IMG/VR virus record: IMGVR_UViG_3300026484_000313
Span: 1-54,924 of that record
DNA from: a virus
Lineage: Duplodnaviria > Caudoviricetes
Strand: one strand, 5' to 3'
DNA: 54,924 nucleotides
The stretch's first letter is position 1. Each line of letters begins with the position of its first letter. The notes under the pieces were generated by a model. That model was not told where the DNA came from. It ran no database searches and saw only the letters and a program-made list of their open reading frames with translations. Both the position numbers and the translations under genes were made by a program. Below, piece by piece: positions 25,883 to 36,237 of the stretch.

Positions 25883-27475
25883 ATGAACTTTTTAAAATTG
25901 AAAGCTAAGAATTTCTTATCTTATGATAAATTAGAATTTGAATTTAAAAAAGGTGTTCATCTTGTAATAGGTGAGAATAGAGATAGTAATATTGCAGAGA
26001 GCAATGGTTCTGGTAAATCAGCATTATTTGAGGCAATTATTTATGTTTTGTTTGGAAAGGCATTTAGAGATATAAAGCGAAGAGGTAGTGCTGGAACAGG
26101 CGTTGCTTTAGAATTTGAGCTTAATAATAATCATTACAAATTTATCAGATATTATAATCACGCTAAGTATGGAAATAGATTATTTATTTTTATGAATGAA
26201 GAACAAAAGGTTTTTAGAACAAAAGAGGAGCAAGAAATTTTCCTTAAAAGATTATTACCTATTTCTTTTAAGCAATTTATTTCTTCTGTAATATTTGTGC
26301 AAGGATTTCCTGTTAGAATTTCTACAATGTCTCCTTCTGAACTCAAGAATTTCTTTTTGGAGTTTTTAAACATTGATTTTGACAAAATATTAAAACAAGT
26401 GAAAAAGGATATTCAGCAGTTAAAATATAATTACAAAACAAAGTTAGCAGAATATCAACACATTCTTTCAAAATTAAATATGGTTAAGGGTAAAATTGAT
26501 TTAATTAAGGAAGAGCTTGAAAAGATAAATATAAAGGAATTGGAAAGATTAAAAAGTCATTTTGAAGAAGAATTTAAAAAGGTAGATACTGAAATAAAAC
26601 TTATAGAAGCCAAAATAAAGAAGTTAGTGGAAGAGAAGGCAACTCTAGAAAATGAATACAAAAGAATTCAAACTCTTATTTCTCAAGGTAAGTGTCCTTT
26701 TTGTGGTTCAAAAATTTCATCTGAAGGATTGGCTTGTCATTTAAAAGAAATAAAAGATAGATTGTTATTAATCAATAATTTATTAGATGAATATAATAAA
26801 GAGAAAGAGACATTGGTTTCTTCAAAATACGGTTATATAGATGCGATAAAAGATAAACAAGTAAAAATTCAGCAATATGAAGAAAAGTTAGAATTGTTAA
26901 GAGAATTTGAAAATAATTATCAAGAATGGGAGCAAAAAGCTAAAGAGTTAGAAAAGCAAATTAATGATTTAGAATACAACTTAAATCTTTTAGAAGAATT
27001 TTATTCTGAATTACTCCCTTCTGGTTCTATAAGAGCATTTATTTCTAAACAATTTGTGGATATTTATAACAAATTGTTGAATAATATTTTACAGTGCTTA
27101 TATTCAGAATTAGCAAATGTTAAATTAGTTTATAGAAATAATGGAATTGAGATAGAAGGTGTGAATTATAAAAATCTTTCAGGTGGAGAAAAAAGAAGAT
27201 TGGATTTTATTTTTCAACTTGCATTTAGCGATTTAGTTTATTACATATTTGGATTTAAATCTGATTTGTTAGTGTTTGATGAAATATTTGATAATTTGGA
27301 TTTAAGCTCATCAATAGCAATAATTGATTTTGTGAAATCATATTTTGGTGATGATAAGAAAATCTATTTTATAACTCATAACAATGATTTAAAAACAATG
27401 TTTGATAGTGTTATTAAAGTAGTTAAAGAAAACGGAGTTTCAAAACTAGATTTAACAAATTACAGAGGTGTATAA
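25883..27475 (+). CDS. sbcC: SbcC/Rad50 (T4 gp46-like) ATPase
   Basis: KNFLSY, NGSGKS, coiled coil with CPFC zinc hook, LSGGE, FDE, ITH. Confidence 0.93.
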   Translation: MNFLKLKAKNFLSYDKLEFEFKKGVHLVIGENRDSNIAESNGSGKSALFEAIIYVLFGKAFRDIKRRGSAGTGVALEFELNNNHYKFIRYYNHAKYGNRLFIFMNEEQKVFRTKEEQEIFLKRLLPISFKQFISSVIFVQGFPVRISTMSPSELKNFFLEFLNIDFDKILKQVKKDIQQLKYNYKTKLAEYQHILSKLNMVKGKIDLIKEELEKINIKELERLKSHFEEEFKKVDTEIKLIEAKIKKLVEEKATLENEYKRIQTLISQGKCPFCGSKISSEGLACHLKEIKDRLLLINNLLDEYNKEKETLVSSKYGYIDAIKDKQVKIQQYEEKLELLREFENNYQEWEQKAKELEKQINDLEYNLNLLEEFYSELLPSGSIRAFISKQFVDIYNKLLNNILQCLYSELANVKLVYRNNGIEIEGVNYKNLSGGEKRRLDFIFQLAFSDLVYYIFGFKSDLLVFDEIFDNLDLSSSIAIIDFVKSYFGDDKKIYFITHNNDLKTMFDSVIKVVKENGVSKLDLTNYRGV

Positions 27476-28218
27476 TGGAGCTAAAAGATGTGTCAAATAT
27501 TTTATACTCTGAAGTTCAAAGATTTATAAATGATATTCAAGCAGTAAAGGAGAGAAATGATTTATCAAAGTTAGAAAAGCAATACAATTTTTATATGTAT
27601 TATCTTACACTTCTTAGAGCAATTTTAAATACATTTATCTTGATTAAAACTGAGTTAAAACTTTTAGCTTCTGTAGATGATATGGAAACTCAAGAATTAA
27701 TTAATGTATATAAGGCAACTGCTAGGTATTATAAAGATGTATTAACTGTTCATATGAGATTTATTCCTCAAACAGAATTAGATAGCGAAAAATTAAAAGA
27801 ATTAGAGCAAGAGTTTGAAAAATATAAAGATGAAAATGCAGGTATCTTAATTAGAAAAATTTTAGAGCATCATATCAAAGAGTTATCTAAAATGGCACTT
27901 TCATATATTAATGAAATTAAAAATTACAAACCTGCATCTTATTTAAGATGGAAACACGAACAATCATTTATTACTATGTTAGATAAATTATATGAAGCAG
28001 TGAAGCTTTATGATAGTTTAGGTGAAGAGGAAATTCAAGAAGAAGTATTAATGTCTCTTGAAGATGCACTTCTTCTTTTAGAACAATGTAAAAAAGATTA
28101 TGAAGTGATGGAACAAGAAGTAGATGAGAATTTTAAGAAAATGCAACTTGTTAAAGCAGGATTATCAAAAGACAATCAAAATGAAAAAGATGAAGACGAA
28201 GAGGATTTAGATGAGTAG
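27475..28218 (+). CDS. Hypothetical helical protein, positional candidate for terminase small subunit
   Basis: Directly upstream of and overlapping TerL; acidic C-tail; no diagnostic motif. Confidence 0.45.
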   Translation: MELKDVSNILYSEVQRFINDIQAVKERNDLSKLEKQYNFYMYYLTLLRAILNTFILIKTELKLLASVDDMETQELINVYKATARYYKDVLTVHMRFIPQTELDSEKLKELEQEFEKYKDENAGILIRKILEHHIKELSKMALSYINEIKNYKPASYLRWKHEQSFITMLDKLYEAVKLYDSLGEEEIQEEVLMSLEDALLLLEQCKKDYEVMEQEVDENFKKMQLVKAGLSKDNQNEKDEDEEDLDE

Positions 28219-29614
28219 TTTAACATTAACTCCTGAACTTCAGAAGGAATTAGCACATTATAAGATAGCAAAAGAGCTTGTAGAAAATCCAATCTTTTTT
28301 ATTGAATATGTGTTTGGTGAAAAGCTATGGAAGAAGCAAAAAGAGATAGCAGTTGCTCTAAAGAAATATAAAAAAGTTGCTGTTTATTCTTGTTATGGAA
28401 CAGGGAAATCATTTATTGCATCTCGTCTTGCAATTTGGTTTCATCAAACACACCCTAATTCAATTGTTGGAACAACAGCACCTTCATTTAGACAGGTTAA
28501 AAATGTTATTTGGAGAGAAATTCATACAGCTTATCAAAAATCCAGAATAAAATTGTTAGGAGAACCTACATCTGTAGAATGGAATATTAATCGTGGTAAA
28601 TGGTATGCTGTTGGAGTATCAGCTAGAAATATAGATAGTATGCAAGGTGTTCATTCTGATTATATATTAGCAGTTGTAGATGAAGCTTCAGGTGTTCCTG
28701 ACGAGATTATATCTGCAATGGAGAGTTGGGGAGCAGGTGGAGAATTTTATTGTCTTATGATAGGTAATCCACTTCGTCCTACTGGTAAATTTTATAAAAC
28801 ATTATTTGATCCAACTTTTTATAAAGTTAGAATTTCAGCATTTGATACTCCTAATTTCACAGGAGAACCTGTTCCTGAGTCAGTTAAAAAGAAACTCATC
28901 AATCCTCAATTTGTTAGAGAAATAGAGTTAAAGTATGGAAAAGATAGTGCATTTTATAAAGTAGCAGTTTTAGGAGAATTTCCAGATGCATCTTCAGATA
29001 GTTTATTCAATGTTAAAGATGTAGAATATTGTATGCAATTAAAACCTGAAGATGTATATCAATACAACGATGACATTTATATTACTTGTGATCCAGCACG
29101 ATTTGGTTCAGATGATACAGTTATTGTTGTTTGGAAAGGATTTGCTACTTTAGATTATTATACTTATAATAAAATAGATTTAACAGAACTTGCTGGTAAA
29201 ATACTCAATCTTGCTGATAAGTTTAAAGCAAAACATATAATTATAGATACAGTTGGTTATGGTGGTGGATTATATGATTTATTAAAATCAAAAGTTAAAA
29301 ATAAGAATTTTAGAGTATATTCTGTTAATGCTTCTGAAAATGCATTTGAAGAAGATAAATATCACGATATTAGAACAGAGATGTATTTTAATTTGGCAAA
29401 TCTTGTTAAATCTCGCTCTGTAAAACTTCCAAATGATGAACGCCTCAAAGAGGAACTTATGGTAATGACATATGGTTTTGATACATTTGGTAGATTTAAA
29501 TTAGTTAGCAAAGATAAAATAAAAGAAAGAATTGGGCGTTCTCCTGATTTTGCAGATGCAGTAGCTTTGCGTTTTGCAGTTCTCTCTCAAAAAATTGGTG
29601 TTGCATTTATTTAA
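28211..29614 (+). CDS. terL: Terminase large subunit
   Basis: GTGKS, VDEA, IGNP, RNase H-like DPARFGSDDT, IDTVGYG, SPDFADA. Confidence 0.95.
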   Translation: MSSLTLTPELQKELAHYKIAKELVENPIFFIEYVFGEKLWKKQKEIAVALKKYKKVAVYSCYGTGKSFIASRLAIWFHQTHPNSIVGTTAPSFRQVKNVIWREIHTAYQKSRIKLLGEPTSVEWNINRGKWYAVGVSARNIDSMQGVHSDYILAVVDEASGVPDEIISAMESWGAGGEFYCLMIGNPLRPTGKFYKTLFDPTFYKVRISAFDTPNFTGEPVPESVKKKLINPQFVREIELKYGKDSAFYKVAVLGEFPDASSDSLFNVKDVEYCMQLKPEDVYQYNDDIYITCDPARFGSDDTVIVVWKGFATLDYYTYNKIDLTELAGKILNLADKFKAKHIIIDTVGYGGGLYDLLKSKVKNKNFRVYSVNASENAFEEDKYHDIRTEMYFNLANLVKSRSVKLPNDERLKEELMVMTYGFDTFGRFKLVSKDKIKERIGRSPDFADAVALRFAVLSQKIGVAFI

Positions 29615-29636
29615 TTATATTTTAGGAGGATATAAT

Positions 29637-30968
29637 ATGTCTGAAGCAACTAAGAAGACTTCTAATATAGAGAAGAAAGTTGGAATGTTTATTAAAGATT
29701 TATCAAGTGCGATTTCTGGAGCTATTACCAGACAAGGTTTATCAGAATATAAGCAAGTTAATAATTATCAGTTATTAACTGAAGGTTCTTATTCAATAAT
29801 TTTTGCAATTGTATCTAAAATAGCTGAGACAGTAGCTTCTGTTCCTTTTAAACTTTTTAAAAATGGTAAAGAAGTTAGTGAGAATGATAAAGTATATAAA
29901 CTTTTAATGCAACCTAATCCTATCTCTTCTTGGTATGATTTAATATATACAGCACAAATGCAGATTGATTTAACAGGAGAGCGTTATTTTTATTTTGCAA
30001 AAGATAGATTAAAAAAGATTAGAGAAATCTGGGTTATTCCATCTTGTTATATTGAACCTGTTATAGACAACAATATTCTTATTAAAGAATATAAATTGCA
30101 TGGTTTTCAAAAAGAAAGCTTACCACCTGAAGATGTTGTGTTTGATAGATATCCTTCTTTAACATCAATGGTTCGTGGAATGTCTCCTTTAGAAAAAGCC
30201 GTTTATGAATATGATATACATCTTTATACAAAAATGTATATGAAGAATTTTTATAAAAATGGTGCTGTTCCTCAAGGAATACTTACAACAGAGCAAAAAT
30301 TAACAGAAGACGATATAGAAAGAATTGCAAGGTTATGGACTGAAAAATATGGTGGTTTATCAAACTCTTGGAAAATAGCTATTTTATATGGTGGTTTAAA
30401 ATTTGAACCTATCTCTATCAATCCTGCATCTAAAGATTTTATGGAACAAGCAAATTGGAGTAGAGATGATATATGTGCAATATACAAAGTTCCTCCTGGA
30501 CTTTTAGGATATTCTCAACATTTAACAAAAGCTTCTGCACAAGTATATATGTCTATGTATATGAGAGATTGTATATTACCTAGAGTTAGAAAACTAGAAT
30601 TTTTATTTAATCAAAGAATACTTCCAAGAATAGCACAAGGTTATACAATAAAGTTTGCTAACCCTGTTCCTGAAGATGAGGAACTTAATGTATTAAGAGC
30701 AAAGATAGGTGGGCTTTATGGTGTTTTAACAATTAATGAAATAAGAAAATTACTTGGATTTGAACCTCTAAATGATAAGATAGGTAATGAACTTGTAGAA
30801 CCTCTCAATCTTCCACAAGGAAGAAAACCTAAGAAAGAAGATGAAAATAGCAAAGATAATTCCACAAATTTTGAAATAAAAGAACTTTTATCTTTTTTGA
30901 GAGAATATGAAGAATTTCTCAAATTACCTTCTGAAGAGGAATTTAAAACAAACAGGAGAGATAAATGA
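29637..30968 (+). CDS. Portal protein (HK97 family)
   Basis: QPNP, GMSPL, FYKNGAVPQG, ICAIYKVPP, TINEIR; ATG 29637 after AGGAGG. Confidence 0.93.
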   Translation: MSEATKKTSNIEKKVGMFIKDLSSAISGAITRQGLSEYKQVNNYQLLTEGSYSIIFAIVSKIAETVASVPFKLFKNGKEVSENDKVYKLLMQPNPISSWYDLIYTAQMQIDLTGERYFYFAKDRLKKIREIWVIPSCYIEPVIDNNILIKEYKLHGFQKESLPPEDVVFDRYPSLTSMVRGMSPLEKAVYEYDIHLYTKMYMKNFYKNGAVPQGILTTEQKLTEDDIERIARLWTEKYGGLSNSWKIAILYGGLKFEPISINPASKDFMEQANWSRDDICAIYKVPPGLLGYSQHLTKASAQVYMSMYMRDCILPRVRKLEFLFNQRILPRIAQGYTIKFANPVPEDEELNVLRAKIGGLYGVLTINEIRKLLGFEPLNDKIGNELVEPLNLPQGRKPKKEDENSKDNSTNFEIKELLSFLREYEEFLKLPSEEEFKTNRRDK

Positions 30969-31630
30969 ATTTAGAGCAGTATTATATAGATGTATATAAA
31001 GCAATTCAAGAACCACTGTTTGATTTTATGTCTGATATTTCTCATTATTTTGATTTATTAAAGCGTAGATATAAGCATAGATTGCTTAGAAGATTACCTC
31101 TTGAATATGATTTAAATTATTGGACAGATAAATTTCAAAAGATATATTTAAAAAATTCTGAGAATTTCATTAAGCTAGCAATTGAATTTTCAAAATTCCC
31201 TGAAAAGTATTATAAATCTATCTTGACAAATTTACTTTTTAACTATACTTTCAAATATGTAATTCCTATTAGCACTTACATTTCAAGAACAAATTATAAA
31301 CTTTTGAATAAACTTCTTTTAAAGGAAAAATTAACTTCTGAAGAGGTAGATAGAGTATTAGATTTTTATAATGGGTATTTCAGAACACAAATTATTGCAA
31401 TTACAGAAGGATTTAGGTTGTTTAATTATTTTTATTTGTATTGCAATTTTTATAAAGGAAATAATGTGAAGGTATTTATAGCTCCTCTTAAAAATAAATG
31501 CAAAAAATGTGAGATGTTGGATAGAACACGAAAGTATATTTTAGATTATTTTGTGGTAGATAATGAGATGTATTTGCACCCACCAATTCATGTAAATAAT
31601 ACAGCACTTATATATTGTTATAAAGAGTAA
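30965..31630 (+). CDS. Minor head morphogenesis protein (SPP1 gp7/Mu gpF-like), degenerate
   Basis: IAITE, CKKC, HPPIHVNNTA (canonical HPNCRC eroded); follows portal. Confidence 0.7.
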   Translation: MNLEQYYIDVYKAIQEPLFDFMSDISHYFDLLKRRYKHRLLRRLPLEYDLNYWTDKFQKIYLKNSENFIKLAIEFSKFPEKYYKSILTNLLFNYTFKYVIPISTYISRTNYKLLNKLLLKEKLTSEEVDRVLDFYNGYFRTQIIAITEGFRLFNYFYLYCNFYKGNNVKVFIAPLKNKCKKCEMLDRTRKYILDYFVVDNEMYLHPPIHVNNTALIYCYKE

Positions 31631-31641
31631 GGAGGTGTTTT

Positions 31642-33180
31642 ATGGCAACTAAAAAATTAAATGAACAAGATATAAAACTTGTAATTAAGAAACCAGATGA
31701 TAATCAAAAAGGATTTGTTATTGCTTTTGTTTTAAGAAAAGATGAAAATGAAAAGCAAGCTCAAAATGCAGAGACAAAATCACAAGCAAATACAGAACAA
31801 ACTGCAAAAAGAACTTATAGATTTGTAGCAACCTCTGAGATTGTAGATAGAGATGGAGATATAATGCGTGTAAAAGGAGCTATTCTTGATAATTTCTTAA
31901 AAAATCCAGTTATTCTTTTTGCACATAAACAAGATACAAAACCTGTAGGTAAGGCAGTTAATATTGAGGTAGCAAATGATAGAATTTATGTTGATATTGA
32001 GTTTGCAGATACAGAAAAGGCTAAAGAAGTTGAATATCTGGTTAAAGAAGGATATTTAAATGCAGTTTCTATAGGATTTTTACCAAAAGCAGTTGTTTAT
32101 AGAGATGATTTTAACATAATACAAGATTTAGATCCTGAATTCTATGCTAGACATCAAGCAGATTTAGAAAAAGCAAATAGAGTTATTTGGGAATGGGAAT
32201 TACTTGAAGTATCAGTTGTTCCTGTCCCTGCAAATCCAGATGCAATTGCAGTATTTAAAGCTTATGGTATAGATAAAGCATATGAAATTAAAAAAGAATT
32301 TGTAGAGAAGAATGGTAAAATAGTAGAAGTTAAAGAGCTTATTCCTATTGATTTATCTGATTATGAAGTTAAAGCTGTTCCTAATAAACACCCTGCAAAT
32401 ATGAAATATGATGACAAATCACCTTGGGATAAAACAATTGCAATTAAGACACTTAGAAAATGGGCATCTAGAGATGGTTCTGGTAGAAAAGAAACAATTG
32501 ATTGGAATAAATATAAGATGGGATTTGGTTGGTATGATGCTAAAAAACCTAATGAATTTACATCTTATAAATTTCCTCATCATTGGGTAAAAGACGGTGA
32601 TTTTTATTGCGTTTGGAGCGGTGTTAGAACAGCTATGGCATTCTTAATTAGATTGCATTCTACAGGAAGATTAACAATTCCTGAACAAGATGCTAGAAAG
32701 TTATATAAACATCTTGTTAAGCATTATAAAGAATTTGGAAAAGAACCACCAGAATTTAAACAAATGTCTATTTTAGAAGCTATGGAATACAATGAAGAAT
32801 TTGGAAAAATCTTTTTAGAAGATGCAACTACTGAAGAGCTTGTAGAGATTACTAAATCATTAATAAAGGCTAAAAATGAGCTTGAAAAAGCAAAAGAAGA
32901 ATTAAATAATTATAAAAAGCAAATAGAAGCACTTGAAAAAGAATTAAAAGAGCTTAAATTACAAATCAAAGAGAGACAAGTAGATAACAATCAAACTCAA
33001 GTGTCTCAAAATAAAGAACTTGAAAAGCAAAATGATACTCAAAAACAAATAGAAAAACACATACAAGATGCTATTTCATCAGGAATAATCCTCTCAGACG
33101 GAAGAATTATCACAAGCAAAGAACAACTTGAAAGTCTTGCAAAATCTGTGTCAGAAATTATTAAATCTATTATAGATTAA
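31642..33180 (+). CDS. HK97-type prohead protease with an additional domain and coiled-coil (scaffold-like) tail
   Basis: VDRDGD, NPVILFAH, SIGF, LLEVSVVPVPANPDA. Confidence 0.9.
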   Translation: MATKKLNEQDIKLVIKKPDDNQKGFVIAFVLRKDENEKQAQNAETKSQANTEQTAKRTYRFVATSEIVDRDGDIMRVKGAILDNFLKNPVILFAHKQDTKPVGKAVNIEVANDRIYVDIEFADTEKAKEVEYLVKEGYLNAVSIGFLPKAVVYRDDFNIIQDLDPEFYARHQADLEKANRVIWEWELLEVSVVPVPANPDAIAVFKAYGIDKAYEIKKEFVEKNGKIVEVKELIPIDLSDYEVKAVPNKHPANMKYDDKSPWDKTIAIKTLRKWASRDGSGRKETIDWNKYKMGFGWYDAKKPNEFTSYKFPHHWVKDGDFYCVWSGVRTAMAFLIRLHSTGRLTIPEQDARKLYKHLVKHYKEFGKEPPEFKQMSILEAMEYNEEFGKIFLEDATTEELVEITKSLIKAKNELEKAKEELNNYKKQIEALEKELKELKLQIKERQVDNNQTQVSQNKELEKQNDTQKQIEKHIQDAISSGIILSDGRIITSKEQLESLAKSVSEIIKSIID

Positions 33181-33216
33181 TTCTATAAATACTAATTCTA
33201 AAGGAGGAGATTGACT

Positions 33217-34374
33217 ATGGCTAATGAAGTTAAAAACACTAACACTACTAATACTTCTGAGAGAGTTGAACTTACTATGGAACAATTCAAAGAACTCATT
33301 GCAGAAGTTGTAAAGAAAAACCTTGAAGCTTTAGGAATTGGTAAAGTTGAAAAAAATCATTTAATCAATCCTGAATTAGAACAAAAGAATGTAGATTACA
33401 CAAAAATGTCTCCAGCTCAAAGATTAAAAACTTTTGTAAAAGGACTTTTATTCAGAGATTATGAAGTTGTAAAAGCGTTAGGTGGAACTCCTGATAGTGC
33501 TGGTGGATATCTTTTACCAGTTGAATTTAGACAAGAAATTATTAAAGAGCTCCCTAATGTAGCTGTTGTTAGAAGATTTGCAACTGTTATTCCTGCAAAA
33601 ACTAGAATAATTGAAATTCCAAAGATTGTTTCTAAACCTATGTATTCTTGGGGAGCTGAAAATACTGCTTTCCATGAAAGCGAACCTGTTTTCGGACAAG
33701 TTAGATTTACATTAAACAGACTTGATATCTTTACAGCTGTATCTAAAGAATTGCTTGCTGATGCTGGAGTTGATGTTGCTCAACTTTTAAGACAACTTTT
33801 TGTAGAACAATATGCAGACGCAGAAGACGAAGCTTTTACTGAAGGAGATGGTTCTGGGAAACCATTAGGATATAACAAAGAAGCTAGTATAACTGCTATA
33901 GAAGCAAAAGGAGATGGTTCTTTACCTATTTGCTATGATGATGTTGTAAAACTCTTTCAATCTTTACCATTTAAATACAGAAGTAGAGCAATCTTTATAA
34001 CCTCTCCAAGAGGAATGGAACTTTTAAGAAAAGTTAGAGATGCAGTAGGTAATCCAGTATTTACTGATGTTAGAGCATTAGAATTGCCATCTATTTTCGG
34101 AAGACCAGCAATTGAAAATGTGCATCAAGTTGATGAACTAGTAGATCCAGACGGCACACCAAGTTCTGGAGATGAGTATTATGCAGTAAATATTTATTTT
34201 GGAGATTTCAAAAATTATTATATTGTAGATGCACAAGAATTCGGAATTGAAGTAACTGATCAAGGAGATGCATTCAAATACAACCAATACTGGTTCAAAG
34301 CATACAATAGAATTGATGGTAAGGTAGTTCTTCCTGAAGCATTTAGAAAACTTGTTGTTAAAGTTCCAGTATAG
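33217..34374 (+). CDS. Major capsid protein (HK97 fold)
   Basis: SAGGYLLPVEF, VSKELLAD, GDGSGKPLG, YFGDF, RIDGKV. Confidence 0.95.
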   Translation: MANEVKNTNTTNTSERVELTMEQFKELIAEVVKKNLEALGIGKVEKNHLINPELEQKNVDYTKMSPAQRLKTFVKGLLFRDYEVVKALGGTPDSAGGYLLPVEFRQEIIKELPNVAVVRRFATVIPAKTRIIEIPKIVSKPMYSWGAENTAFHESEPVFGQVRFTLNRLDIFTAVSKELLADAGVDVAQLLRQLFVEQYADAEDEAFTEGDGSGKPLGYNKEASITAIEAKGDGSLPICYDDVVKLFQSLPFKYRSRAIFITSPRGMELLRKVRDAVGNPVFTDVRALELPSIFGRPAIENVHQVDELVDPDGTPSSGDEYYAVNIYFGDFKNYYIVDAQEFGIEVTDQGDAFKYNQYWFKAYNRIDGKVVLPEAFRKLVVKVPV

Positions 34375-34377
34375 TCT

Positions 34378-34415
34378 AGGGCGGGCTTCGGCTCGCCTTC
34401 ATTTTATTTTTATTT
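34378..34415 (+). terminator. Rho-independent terminator after the capsid gene
   Basis: GGCGGGC-TTCG-GCTCGCC (cUUCGg tetraloop) followed by TTCATTTTATTTTT. Confidence 0.88.
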
Positions 34416-34429
34416 AGGAGGATAGTCAT

Positions 34430-35410
34430 ATGGCAATATTTACAAGACAAACTCTAGTATTAGCTAAATTAGAAAGCACTTATGGTGTAGATGCAAATCC
34501 TACTGTAGATGATTACATTGAAGTATTTGATGTGAATATTTCTCCTAATATGGAAACAGTAAATAGAGATCCTTATAGACAAACATTATCTCCTGTTGCA
34601 TCTCTTCCTACAAAATTTTCTACTGAGTTGTCTTTTACAGTTGAGCTTAAAGGTTCTGGATTGGATAGTAATGGTAGTGTTAGATACCCAGCAATTGGTA
34701 AATTGCTTGAAGCTTGTGGATTTACATATGAAGAAGAAACTGACTCAACTACTGGATTAACTACAAGTTATAAATTTAAGCCTATATCTAGAGATTTTGC
34801 TTCTATGACTTTTTATGTGTTTTTAGGAAATATTTTATACAAAGTTGTTGGAGCTAGAGGTTCAGTTCAAATTCAACTTGAAGCCAATCAGGTTCCTAAA
34901 CTCAATTTCAAATTTTTAGGTAAATTTATTACTCCTGAAGATGTTTCTTCAATTCCTACTATACCTGATGATGTTTTAAAATTATTCCCAACTCCACATA
35001 TTGTTAAATGTGTGAATTTGACAATGGATAGTTATGCTCCAGTTCTTTCTGCATTTGAAATTGATATGAATAATGATTTAACACAAAGAGATGATTTAAA
35101 TTCTTGCACTGGTGTTGGAGAAATATTAATAACAGGAAGAAAACCACAAGGTTCTTTAAACCCAGATATGTTTAATGCATCTAAATATGATGTTTGGACT
35201 AAATTTATAAATTGTGAGCCTGTATCTATACAAGGAAGTATTGGTAGAAAAAGCGATGGAACTTATGATGCTGGAAATGCTGTTGATATAGTTATTCCAA
35301 ATGCTGTAATGGACAAGATTGGAATAGGAGATAGGGATACAATTAGAATTTATGATATTTCTTTTGTAGCAACTGGAAATGACGATGAAGTTCAAATTAT
35401 TTTCAAATAA
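34430..35410 (+). CDS. Tail tube (major tail) protein
   Basis: LAKLESTYGVDANP, FTVELKGSG, LLEACG, ITGRKPQG, GNDDEVQIIFK pattern typical of tail tube proteins. Confidence 0.8.
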   Translation: MAIFTRQTLVLAKLESTYGVDANPTVDDYIEVFDVNISPNMETVNRDPYRQTLSPVASLPTKFSTELSFTVELKGSGLDSNGSVRYPAIGKLLEACGFTYEEETDSTTGLTTSYKFKPISRDFASMTFYVFLGNILYKVVGARGSVQIQLEANQVPKLNFKFLGKFITPEDVSSIPTIPDDVLKLFPTPHIVKCVNLTMDSYAPVLSAFEIDMNNDLTQRDDLNSCTGVGEILITGRKPQGSLNPDMFNASKYDVWTKFINCEPVSIQGSIGRKSDGTYDAGNAVDIVIPNAVMDKIGIGDRDTIRIYDISFVATGNDDEVQIIFK

Positions 35411-35425
35411 TTGTGGAGGATAATT

Positions 35426-35671
35426 ATGGCATATGTTTATACTTATTTGGTAAATCGCCCAATAAATCTAGATGGAGTTAATTATCAACAAGGAGATACT
35501 TTTACAACTCAAAAGGATTTAACAAATCATATTTTTTATCAACTTGGGTATTTGAAACTTATAGACAAAAAAGAACTTGCAAATAAAACCACAAAAAAAT
35601 CTACTAAAAAAGCAAAATCTAAAAAATTAGATAACTACGAAACAAAAGTTATAAAAGGAGAAAATAAGTAG
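35426..35671 (+). CDS. Small head-associated / hypothetical virion protein
   Basis: RBS GGAGGA; DGVNYQQGDTF motif, Lys-rich tail. Confidence 0.55.
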   Translation: MAYVYTYLVNRPINLDGVNYQQGDTFTTQKDLTNHIFYQLGYLKLIDKKELANKTTKKSTKKAKSKKLDNYETKVIKGENK

Positions 35672-35684
35672 AAGGTAGTTAGAG

Positions 35685-36236
35685 ATGGATTTAGCAACTC
35701 TAAAACAAATTCTTGGTATTGATGCAACTGATACAAGTTTTGACACAATTTTAAATATCTGTATTGATAGTGCTAAAAAAGTTGTAGAAAATTATATAGG
35801 CACTAAGTTGTCAAAACAAACTTATACTGAAATTCGTAGAGGCAATGATGATTATGTGATATATCTTAAAAAAGTTCCTGTCATAGATGTTGTAGATGCG
35901 TATGTAGGAACTTCTCCTGATTTTGCAGATGCAGAAAAGATTACCAGTAATATTTTATTATTAGATAAAAAAATTGGCAAAATATTTTTCAAAAATAACA
36001 TCTTTTATAGCACTTCTTACTATAAATTCATTTATTCATATGGATACGATACAATTCCCCAAGATATTGATTATGCACTTTATTTAATTGCAATACATTT
36101 ATATAATTCATTTGATAAAATTAAAGATGGAGCTTCCAAGATACAAACCCCAGATGGCACAATTTGGTATTCTCAAGACTTCATTCCTGAACCTGCAAAA
36201 TCAATTTTAGATAAATACAAAGTGGTATCTATATAA
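35685..36236 (+). CDS. Head-tail connector (gp6/gp15-like)
   Basis: LKQILGI..D..L, VENYIG, YGYDTIPQDI, ILDKYK. Confidence 0.85.
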   Translation: MDLATLKQILGIDATDTSFDTILNICIDSAKKVVENYIGTKLSKQTYTEIRRGNDDYVIYLKKVPVIDVVDAYVGTSPDFADAEKITSNILLLDKKIGKIFFKNNIFYSTSYYKFIYSYGYDTIPQDIDYALYLIAIHLYNSFDKIKDGASKIQTPDGTIWYSQDFIPEPAKSILDKYKVVSI

Positions 36237-36237
36237 A

